A stretch of DNA of 64,000 bases from Octopus vulgaris (taxonomy: Eukaryota). The notes beneath the pieces are model-generated. The model worked only from the letters and a program-made list of their open reading frames with translations, was not told where the DNA came from and did no database searches. This document shows positions 25,834-36,300 of this stretch, one piece after another. The DNA lies in NCBI GenBank assembly GCA_951406725.2, contig OX597816.1, forward strand, positions 160,146,001-160,210,000, given 5' to 3'. Each line of letters begins with the position of its first letter. Position 1 is the stretch's first letter. The translations under genes were made by a program, and so were the position numbers.

Positions 25834-26580
25834 AGGGCGGCGAGCTGGCAGAAACGTTAGCACGCCAGGCGAAATGTTTTAGCAGTATTTCATCTGCCCT
25901 TACGTTCTGAATTCAAATTTCGCCGAGGTCGACCTTGCCTTTCATCTTTTCGGGGTCGATTAATTAAGTACGAGTTTCGTACTGGGGTCGATCTAATCGA
26001 TTGCCCCCCCCCCTCAGAACTTCGGGGTCGATTAAATAAATAGCAGTTACGCACTGCGGTCGATATAATCGACTTAATCCGTTTGTCTGTCCTTGTTTGT
26101 CCCCTCTATGTTTAGCCCATTGTGGGTAATAAAGAAATAATAATTTTAAGGCGGCGAGCTGGCAGAAACCTTAGCACGCCGGGCGAAATGCTTAGCGGTA
26201 TTTCGTCTGCCACTGCGTTCTGAGTTCAAATTCTGCCGAGGTCAACTTTGCCTTTCATCCTTTCGGGGTCGATAAATTAAGTACCAGTTACGCACTGGGG
26301 TCGATATAATCGACTTAATCCGTTTGTTTGTCCCCTCTGTGTGTAGCCCCTTGTGGGCAGTAAAGAAATAGGTATTTCGTCTGTCTTTACTCTCTGAATT
26401 CAAATATCGCCGAGGTCGACTGTGCCTTTCATCCTTTCGGGGTCGATAAATTAAGTACTAGTTGCCTACTGGGATCGATCTAACCGACTGGCCCTTCCCC
26501 CCAAATTTCGGTCCTTGTGCCTAGAGTAGAAAAGAATATTCAAGTTTTGGTGCTTTACGCTCTGAGTTTGAATTCCGCTT
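25834..26580 (+). mobile_element. Tandem chain of young, CpG-intact SINE family B copies
   Basis: Full heads at 25834 and 26148 (ggcggcgagctggcagaaac); restarts near 26020, 26371 and 26550. Confidence 0.9.
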
Positions 26581-26721
26581 CGGATCACAACAAAAATATA
26601 GAGAAGTAGATTCATTTGATATTCTTTCCAGTTAATAAGACTGTAACAGATAATTTAAAGACATATTCAAACCTGGCATGAAAAACAGAACTCCCGACTT
26701 CAAATCAATGTGTATGTCTGT

Positions 26722-27250
26722 GTTGGGTCGGGTAGAGGACGGACGTTTTTGAAAAATTCACAAAATCATTAATTATAGCTGCAAACAAATTTTATTGACA
26801 TCAATGTGTTCGTATCGAATTAGCATTTGTGTAAAACAACATCCATCATATGGTGTCTGTTTTCATTGATGCATTTCTGAAGGTGTTCTTGGAAGTTGAC
26901 TTCCACTCTCTGCAGCACGGCTCTGTGCATAGTCCGATGGTTTCAACTGTTACCCAATGACCAATTTGTACGGGTGGAAATGCAGGTCTTCATGCAAAAC
27001 ACGCCTTACCGATCGATTACCGATGCTATGTTCAGTGGAATGCCTCCGAGCAGAGCGATTTGGACATCTATCAAAGGTTATCTGACGCGCTTCACATTTT
27101 CTGGGGTTCGCACCGTTCGTGGCGTCCCCACTGGTTTCCTATTCATTAGTGCACCTTGTGTACGAAGTGCATTCACCCAACATAAAATTATGTTATGGGT
27201 GGGAACAACCTGATTTCGATGAATATTGAAGTGACGCCAATATTCAGGTA
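26722..27250 (-). pseudogene. Internally deleted Tc1/mariner transposase (HTH DUF4817-like N-terminus joined to the C-terminus; catalytic domain missing)
   Basis: [53 protein letters not shown], then RCPNRSARRHS..RSVRRVLHEDLHFHPYKL, then directly LQRVEVNFQEHLQKCINENRHHMMDVVLHK; decayed TIR near 26722-26770. Confidence 0.85.
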
Positions 27251-27259
27251 GTATGTATG

Positions 27260-27312
<53 letters not shown>

Positions 27313-27364
27313 TGTTTGTTTCCCACCTGCCTTCGTCTTTTGTCTATTTTCATAAAGCTTCCCG

Positions 27365-27423
<59 letters not shown>

Positions 27424-27429
27424 CATAAT

Positions 27430-27842
27430 AATAATAATATGAAGGAATATTGTTCCAAACTTTCAAGGAAAAATTCAATTTAGAAATACTAAATCAAATT
27501 TCACCAAATATAATATATATATATATATATATTTGTATAAATTAGAAAAAAAGCCACCTTGAAAATTTAAATTATGCCATTTACAAAGATTAAATATAAG
27601 ATAAAAAATATAATATTATTAATAAGTTTTAAAATATATTCCTTTCTAGATGAATTCCAAAAAAGTGGTTCTATTTTACCTGTAAGTTTCATAACCGACG
27701 AAAGTGAGAGTAAATACACTCAGAAACGTTAGTTATAAATATAATAATATAATAATAATAATAATAATAATAATATGAGAGAAAATGGTATAATTTAATT
27801 TTTCATTATTGAATTGATAAAAAGGTGGGGGTTTTTTCATAT
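27430..27842. mobile_element. Penelope-like LTR fragments between (TA)n/(TAA)n tracts, with a hammerhead-like motif at 27691-27736
   Basis: ataacCGACGAaagtgagagtaaatacactcaGAAACGTtagttat; ends resemble those of the 12441 palindrome (aattag.aaaaa.ccac). Confidence 0.5.
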
Positions 27843-27844
27843 AT

Positions 27845-28310
27845 ATTCGTTCCAGCAGTCGTCGAAGCAACACGTATTTGTTCGTCTCCCTGCGGCCATT
27901 AGGCACTACTTCATAAGCCAGCCCCAAACTCAACTCGTCCTGTCGAAAGACCCTTGTCCTACGTCCTGGTTTTGTTTTGTTTTTTATCTTTACCGTTATT
28001 GTTTTTACGTTTCTGTATTCTTATTGGTGTCACGTATTCTGTATTTTTGTTCGTGTAGTCCGTTCGTTTTCCGTCCTCGTGTTGTATACATTCGTAGCTT
28101 TCTTCCAAGGGATCTAATGCTCTTGGCTTAGATTTTCCTTTGGGGGGCTGCCCAGATCGGAGCAATCTCAAGATTAATCAGCCGAAATTGCGAAGATGAT
28201 CTGGTTCTTGACTGATGACTGAGGGCTTCGAATGTCCCGTCCTGTGGTTCTTGTGTCGTCTCTTTGGTGTTTCATGTTCTTGTCCATGTCTGTATTTATT
28301 TATTTTTTAC

Positions 28311-28312
<2 letters not shown>
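27845..28312 (+). mobile_element. Unclassified interspersed repeat (longest copy of the 11560/37165 family)
   Basis: Homology to 11560-11862(-) and 37165-37340(+); flanked by TA repeats. Confidence 0.65.
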
Positions 28313-28358
<46 letters not shown>

Positions 28359-28364
28359 CACACA

Positions 28365-28602
28365 CAGAGGTGTGTGCAAAAGTAGGTACACAGTAAGTGT
28401 CACATCAATGCTATAATTCATTAAAATTACTACCATATTAAATACCCTTACTTTTGATATTTTCAGAGTTATTAATCATAATAATACATTTATCATAACT
28501 ATAATAATACTATTATCGTAACTTTTTATTTTTTTTAATAAAAATGAGTATTGTACGTGTTTTCTTTTATCATAGCTCTATATCTACTTTTGCGCCACCC
28601 TG
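28365..28602. mobile_element. Tc1/mariner-type MITE
   Basis: Imperfect TIRs cagaggtgtgtgcaaaagtaggtacacag / ctatatctacttttgcgccaccctg inside a microsatellite. Confidence 0.65.
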
Positions 28603-29188
28603 TGTGTGTGTGTGTGTGGATATATATATATATATTTATACATACATACATATACACATACATATATATACATCATACATACATATAAATAAACAAACTA
28701 TCGTACGTATGGATGGAGGGCAGTGTTCAACTCTGTGACCGTTCTAAGATGAAATCTGTTCCCGAATCCAGTTGCTTTGGTTCAAATGTGTTTTAACATT
28801 TCCCAGAGGCATTAAGGTAAATAAATCAATCCCGGGTACCCTCCAAGCACCTCTTTTTTTAAAAAATTCTTTTTGCATGAATGGAAATTCAGTGATAAGA
28901 TTACACACACACACACACACGTATATATATGTTGGTGGGCATTGAGATGGCATTAAGTATACCGCACTCCAGTGCTTTTGTTGTGGATATCTTAGGCGTA
29001 GCAATGTGGTTTAAAGCTTTCTTCCCAACCACATAGCTTCGGGTTCAGCCCCAATGCGTGGCTGGCGCGTTGGACAAGTGTCTCCTATTAAAGCCCTAGT
29101 TCTTGTGACCCGGAGCGGATTTGGTAGGCAGAAACACACATACGTATATATATAATGTATGTATACACGCTCGCACACACACTCACAC

Positions 29189-29223
<35 letters not shown>

Positions 29224-29237
29224 TGAGAATAAATAAG

Positions 29238-29520
29238 TGGAGGCACATGGCCTAGTGGTTAGAGCAGCGGTCGAGGGATCGCGAGATCGAATCTCAGACC
29301 GGGCGATGTGTGTGTTTATGAGCGAAACACCTAAGCTCCACGCGGCTCCGGCAGAAGGTAATGACGAACTTCTGCTGACTCTTTCGCCACAACTTTCTCT
29401 CACTCTTTCCTCCTGCATCTTGCAGCTCACCTGCGACGGACCGGCGTCCCGTCCGGGTGGGGAACCTATACGCCAAGGAAACCGGCCCTTATGAGCCAGG
29501 CGTGGCTCGAGAAGGAACAG
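29238..29520 (+). mobile_element. SINE family C with V-like tail, flanked by a 15-bp TSD
   Basis: tRNA-like head tggcctagtggttagag; TSD acaaatgagaataaa at 29219-29233 and 29521-29535; sits downstream of a family-A head (28995-29140). Confidence 0.85.
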
Positions 29521-30528
29521 ACAAATGAGAATAAAGAAGGAAATAGAGAAATTGACGTATAGACATCAGTTTATTCAAAGATATTCCAATTAATATAAAA
29601 TGAAATTGTTATCCCTACAGCTGTTTCCATACCAGTTAGTTTAAATATACATATACATACAGACACGTGTGTGTGTTGACATCGTGTGATGATTGTAACC
29701 GAGCGCCACCATCATACAAGTCATATCGTTAGTTTTTTACCTTTCGTGATAAAAAAAAATATCTGGCCATGGGGCAATATTACCTTGTTTGGAAACAGAT
29801 GAAGGTTGACCAGTAGGATGGGGATCTGACAGTAGAAAATGCCTCAACGAATTCCGCCCGGCCCATGCAAGCACGGAAAAGCGGACGTTAAAACGATGAT
29901 GATGGTTCTTCAGTGCACTGTTAGAAATATAAGAAGTAAAATAGATTTGTGTAAGATTTCAGTGTAAATGATATTAGGCAGGAGCAGATGTAATCTCATT
30001 CGTTTCATGCTTTAAAACCGAAGATTAAAGCGTTGGTACTTAAAAGCAATTTGATTGGTCGAGTGATTGATTGATTGTGAGTGTTTCATTGACTGACTTG
30101 AAAAGCTATAAACCGATCAGGTAACAGAAATGATCGGTAACTCACCGCAGACATACGGTGAGTATTGTTAATCTATTGAGTTAACGAAGCATGAAGTTGA
30201 AAATAACGGCGTGCAAAATGGATGAAATGAAAGTAATAATGATTTATGCATGGTGAATCATGCAGTGACTGACTGGGAAGACGCTTATCGGCGGGCGAAT
30301 AAACCAGAATAAATTATATACCGTAAATCTTCGAGTATAGTCCGCCCTTGATCACTTGACCCTCTAGAAATAGCAGCCAAATCTCCCTCGACTCACATGC
30401 TCTATCTCTAAGAAAATGGAAAGCTATATTGAATAATGCAGAGAGGAAAAGGTGGTATGGCTATGGATGGAATGCTTATAATGATAGGATTCCTACATCT
30501 AGGTGTTGGTTAAACATCAACAAATGTA

Positions 30529-31460
30529 CCGTAAATCCTCGAGTATAATCCGCACTTTTTTTTCCCAAATTTAATGGTCAAAATCCCTAGTGCGTACTAT
30601 ATACGAGGTTAAAAATGAAAAATATTTTCTAAGCAATGTCCGAGTCTCTATTTGCTGTCCGGCAATGTTTATTCAGACGCATTTAGTGATGTCGGGCGCG
30701 AAAATACCTTAAGCTGAAAGCAATGAAGTCATAAAAGAATCATCTATAACTTGCAGTAAGCAACATTTATTAAAATACGCAGGGGAATTTTAGGGGGCTG
30801 TACCTCTGAAAAACCTAAACCTTGTGTATAATACGCACCACTTATCTCTAACCTGAGTTGTGCGTAATTAAGCCAGCAGCACCTAGTCGAACAAACATTT
30901 CCGCGCATGCGTAATACAATAATGGGAATGTAAATATGTTTGCAAAATGTTTTTGTTACATGTTATTCTGTGTTCTGAATACTTTTATTTTAATAAATGT
31001 TGCTTACTGCAAGTTATAGATGATTCTTTTATGACTTCATTGCTTTCAGTCTTCGCTTAAGGTATTTTCGCGCCCGACATCACAAAATGCATCTGAAAGC
31101 AATGAAGTCATAAAAGAATCATCCATAACTTGCTGTAAGCAACATTTATTAAACGTTATTACTGTTATTTCTTTATTTTCTGCAAACAAAATGCACAAAA
31201 AGGCTACACGTTTGCATTATGTTATATATACAATAATAATAAAGGACGTTACCATATACATTTTTGCAAACTAAGGACGTTATATAGACCTCGACTCAAG
31301 TTAGAGAAGGGGTATCTACACAAGGTTTAAGTTTTTCAGAGGTACAGACCCCTAAAAAGAAGGGGTATCATACACAAGGTTTAAGTTTTTCAGAGGTACA
31401 GACCCCTAAAAATCCCTTGCGTATTATACTCAAGGGCGGACTATACTCGAGGATTTACGG
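30529..31460. mobile_element. Tc1/mariner (pogo/Tigger-like) MITE with TA TSD and internal rearrangements
   Basis: TA|CCGTAAATCCTCGAGTATA...TATACTCGAGGATTTACGG|TA; internal inverted arms ~30672-30777 and ~30986-31097. Confidence 0.85.
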
Positions 31461-31462
31461 TA

Positions 31463-31842
31463 TATATTTCGTTTTTGGATTTGGTTTGCAAGATTCTTTG
31501 TGCGAGTTCGTGTGTTGAAGCATATTCTGTTGTGTCTGGGGAGAGTCATTCTCTTTTAGTGCCTTATTTAACACACTATCCAGTAAACTTTTCACTCATT
31601 TACTTATTTTTCTAAAAATTTTCATTGCGTTTTGCAACCTTTTCAATAGTTAACTGTTCGTTATACAAGCTAAAAGAACGTAGCTCGGATATCGCACGGA
31701 GTCAACAACAGTTGAAAAGGTTGCAAGACGCAACGGAAACTTTCGAAAAATAAGTAAATGAGTTGAAATTTTACCGGTGAGCGTGTTAAACTATAAAGGC
31801 AATAAAAGAGGATGGTTCTCCCCAAACACAACAGAATATATA
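31463..31842. mobile_element. Palindromic element (arms ~31521-31650 and ~31711-31840), probable inverted Penelope-like LTRs; second copy at 37373-37575
   Basis: Both copies start ttttggatttggtttgcaagatt..atattctgttgtgtctgggga; degenerate hammerhead-like tgaaaaggttgcaagacgcaacggaaac at ~31713-31740. Confidence 0.55.
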
Positions 31843-31849
31843 TCTTGTA

Positions 31850-32058
31850 AATAATGGTATTCTTATATAAGCTTAAAGCTTATGGCGATCACCGTGCAAT
31901 GGCCAAGGAAAATAGTCTAATAAAGGGGCATATAAGCCCTTACAGAGAAAAAAAAGCTTTCCTATCGGTATGGGAGTCGAACCCTTTTTTCTGTCGGGGG
32001 CTTAGTCATTGCACAGTGATCGCCATAAGCTTTATGCTTATATGAAAATACCATTATT
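31850..32058. mobile_element. Small MITE-like palindrome with ~57-bp arms and a Pol III B-box-like motif in the loop
   Basis: aataatggtat..tatggcgatcac.gtgcaatg.c.aag and its reverse complement; loop contains gggagtcgaaccc (GGGTTCGACTCCC on the minus strand). Confidence 0.7.
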
Positions 32059-32115
32059 ATTTTTTACAGGGTTGTAAATCACGGTGCCGTAATATAAAAA
32101 CCATTCGCACCGAAA

Positions 32116-32168
<53 letters not shown>

Positions 32169-32907
32169 ATTTCTATGTAGAATAAAATAAGAATCAAAGC
32201 AGTCAATAAGCAAAAAATGGTTGAGAACCACTGGTATTTAAGAAACAGAAATCTGGGGGAAAATTTGTACGTTTTTCAAGTCTAATTAGTGAGTTAGGAT
32301 TAATCTTTGTCTAAGTTGATTTATATTATTTGTTATAAACATTAGAAGTGACTACGATCTGGACACGATTTTCTTACATTGCTATGATTACTTGGAAAAG
32401 GAACGGATTTCACAACTCCTATTCTCCTTACCGCTGGAATTAATAAGGCTGATCAAATAGTTTGCTCTGTCACATTATGAGGATGGTGGATTGGCAGAAC
32501 GGTTAGAGTGTCGAACAAACTGCTTGACGGCATTTGCTCTGCATCTTTATGTTCTAAGTTCAAATCGAGTCGAGGTTACCAATCCATATCAACATGCGAT
32601 AGGCTTGTGCAGTACCCCTGAAACAGAGTTGCTTCTGTTCGACCATCGGAAGTAAACTAAGATCCAACCGCAACTTCAGTGATCAAAAGGTAACTGCGCT
32701 ACTAATTCTAATGGTCCCAACCAGTATATGTATCAATATTTGCATATATCCAAGATAAACTGAAACCATAACAAGAGTTGAGATCAGGCGTAGTAGTGTA
32801 GTCTCAGATTGTGCGCCGCCATTAAGTTTCCTCCCACCAGGGCGTCACATCCCTGTTTTAAACACTTTTATTTCAATACATGCTTTTACAGCACACCCAA
32901 AAATGCC

Positions 32908-33314
32908 TATTTCTTTACTACCCACAAGGGGCTAAACACAGTGAGGACAGACAAACGGATTAAGTCGATTATATCGACCCCAGTGCGTAACTGGTATTTA
33001 TTTAATCGACCCCGAAAGGATGAAAGGCAAAGTCGACCTCGGCGGAATTTGAACTCAGAACGTAGCGGCAGACGAAATACCTGTTTCTTTACTACCCACA
33101 AGGGGCCAAACACAGAGAGGACAAACCAAGGCAGACAAACGGATTAAGTCGATTATATCGACCCCAGTGCGTAACTGGTACTTATTCAATCGACCCCGAA
33201 AGGATGAAAGGCAAAGTCGGCCTCGGCGGAATTTGAACTCAGAACGTAACGTCAGACGAAATACTGCTAAGCATTTCGCCCGGCATGCTAACGATTCTGC
33301 CAGCTCGCCGACTT
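32908..33314 (-). mobile_element. Dimeric SINE family B flanked by one 15-bp TSD
   Basis: acacccaaaaatgcc at 32893-32907 and 33315-33329; two body-plus-tail units and one head; lies inside an older DNA-element remnant (~32786-33397). Confidence 0.92.
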
Positions 33315-33935
33315 ACACCCAAAAATGCCGCTTCCATAAAAACATTGTCCGGGGCAGACAGCTCCCTCACCCCACCCCCACCTAATGCTACCGATTAGAA
33401 GCACAAGTTCGAAAGTTGTGGAGAGAAATGGTTGATTTAACTTCGATTCTTCGATGAAAGCACATCTATTTTTTTGTTTGCAATTCATTCATATTCCAAA
33501 CAGTTTTTTAGGATGGTGAAGTAACAGAGATTCGTTTGAACGTTGGATATGTCTTGCAATATATAATAACGATCGTTTGTGTTCTGATTAATCAAATTAG
33601 TAAGTGTATGGGAAAACATTTATTCTTATAAATTATTAATAAATCCTTAGCGTATTGGTACAGGACTCGAAAATATGATAAAAGTTGATTGATAATTGAA
33701 TTGAACTAGTGTAGTACTAATATTTATCGAACTCACAAAATAGTAGTAACATAAAAAGAGATGAGTGAGGGCAATAGCTTTGCTAATAGGGGATCAAGGG
33801 AAGAAACTGCTTTTCTCGAGCAATTTTTCAAAATTGGTGCCATTTCAACAATTTTTTAAAACTCTTTAGCTACTTATATCAATAGTTGTACATTTTGTAT
33901 TTAATAATATTGTTACTGAAACATGAAATTAATGA

Positions 33936-34319
33936 CTGTAGAATACGGCGATCTTTCGTCTCTAGTAGACTTTTCCGTCGATTTCCGTAAAAAAATTTTT
34001 TTTTTTTACATATGGGCTTGCGGGAACTTTTGAAGTAATGAGAGCGAAAGAGACTAAGAGAAAGCGATTGTATGACGAGGGAAGTTCTTTTGAAGTTACC
34101 GTGCATGGGAAGCATTGATGTACATGTGTGTGTGTTTGATGGGGTGTGCACGGTAACTTGAAAAGAACTTCCCTCGTCATGCAATCGCTTTCTCTTAGTC
34201 TCTTTCGCTCTCTTTACTTCAAAAGTTCCCGCAAGCCTATATGTGAAAAAAAAAAAAAATTTTTTTACGGAAATCGACGGAAAGGTCTACTAGAGACGAA
34301 AGATCGTCGTAGAATACAG
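33936..34319. mobile_element. 384-bp foldback MITE (arms ~33936-34106 and ~34147-34319, ~40-nt loop)
   Basis: Arms are near-perfect reverse complements; ends CTGTA...TACAG; flanks ttaatga / ctaatga (possible 7-bp TSD, one mismatch). Confidence 0.88.
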
Positions 34320-35139
34320 CTAATGAAATATTTCGCGTAATAGAAGAGAAATTGGTTAAAAATTGTTTGGTATGGGTCACGGCGCTTTTCTAATGTGTTC
34401 GCTGTCCCGAACTTTCGAATCCGGCTACGTCTCTGGGTGAGGGTGTGGCGCAAGTAATTTACTTTACTGCAAAAATCTCGTTCACTTTTTTTTGAGTATC
34501 ACTCGAAGCAAACTGTTAAAGTGTAGAATGAAGCCTCGCACTCAAGTAAATGTTTGGAAATGTAGACGAGAGAGTTGATGAGTGCACACTGAGTAAATGC
34601 TGTGAAGACGATAGTAAAGCTCCTACAACATATGTTCGAATCCACGTCGGTCAGTTTTCCGTCATTCACTCCTCGTAAGTTCCAGATGTACTCAATAATT
34701 TGGAGAAAAGTATGAGCTCTATCATACCATCTTGATCTTTTAATCTGTAACATCAATATGAAGCTTTTCTCGGTTGATCCAACGGCGCATTAAAGATTAA
34801 GGAGCGTTATATTTCCATGTCACCTCCTTCAACTGATAGCGTTATCCGAGTGATTAAGATTTAAAAATAAATATACCTATAATCTAGATGAAGTGGGAGG
34901 ACAGAAACTGCTCCTTCGCCTCGAATTATTTCCCAAACGATTACATTTAAGCCATCTTTTTTATCTTTTCGCTGTCTTCCTCTCTAAGATTTGCTTTGGG
35001 CTGTGATTGTGAATGAGGCGTGTATAGGGGGAAGAAAGAGTTAGTCATATACTTTTGTCGTTTAAAGCATCGCTCGGAGCGAAAACCAACTTCTTTTGCC
35101 TTGCTTTTGTGTTTTCTTAATTTTTTTTCATATCGTTAT

Positions 35140-36300
35140 CTTCATCACCACCGCCATCATCATTGTCGTCATCATCATCGTCATTGTCGTCTTGGGTCAT
35201 CAACATCATCATTATCATCACTATCATCGTCATTGCCGTCATCACCGCCGTCGTCGTATTGTCGTTATTATTGTCCCCATCTCCACCACCATAACGAATC
35301 TTAATATTGTCTCTTGATCCATCTCTCTTCCTTAAGTGCACATCGCTTAGAAATAATTTCCTTCAAACGTCCGTCGGATTTTTGCCAGATGTTCTTACTT
35401 TCTCTGTCGTTGATGGTAGTTGTCTTTAATTTCTGCAGATCTTTTTTGATTATTTAAAATCAGGACTTAAACATTTCGCCACTTCTCCAACCTGCCGCTC
35501 CAAATACATTTATTTTTTGTGTCCCTCGAGAATGGAGACGTTTTAAGGAAGCTTTGTATGTATGTCAAACATCGAATGATCTATTTGTTTCTCAAAGGAC
35601 CGTCCATACCAGTGCATGGGCTGTTTCTGAATTAATTTCTGAAATGACTTCAGGGATTCTGCGTTTAGAATTTACAGAATTATTGCTTGAAATTGGAAAA
35701 AAAAAAAACAACCAAAAAATAACCCAAAATATTTTTCACGATCGACATCATCGTCGTCATCATCAGTATTATCATCGTCGCCGCGTCACCAGCATCACTA
35801 TTCAGACATCTTTACTATCAATAATATCATTGTCATCAACACCGCTGCAATTATGTCTTTCAATCCGACCACCCCCTCCTTATCACCACCACCACCACCA
35901 CTATTACTACAAGCATAGCCCCCGCCGCCGCCGCCACCATATGCTGTCACCGCAATCTGTCAAAGCGGGAGCATTACATTGTCGCTCGAAATAGCAGTCA
36001 AATATCTCTCAAATCACACGCTGTTTTAAAAAGAGAAAAGAAGATCAGAAAAAGAGGGGATGGGCATAGTTGGAATGCTTTTAAAGATAAGTCTGCTCGA
36101 TCAGGCTCGACACATGAGACCCACCACTACCACCCCCGTCACCACAGTAATTATCTTCCTTACCACATCAGCAGCAGCATCACGACGATGACGTCCTCCA
36201 CCACCACCACCATCACAGTAATTACTATTTTCTCCACCTCCACCTTCATCACCATTATCATCACCCCCCCACCATCACCATCAACATTACCAATCCATAT
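35140..36300. repeat. Degenerate (CAT)n/(CAC)n trinucleotide low-complexity tracts
   Basis: Tracts near 35140-35292, 35745-35940 and 36120-36295; similar tracts at 37780-37925 and 38300-38820. Confidence 0.85.
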
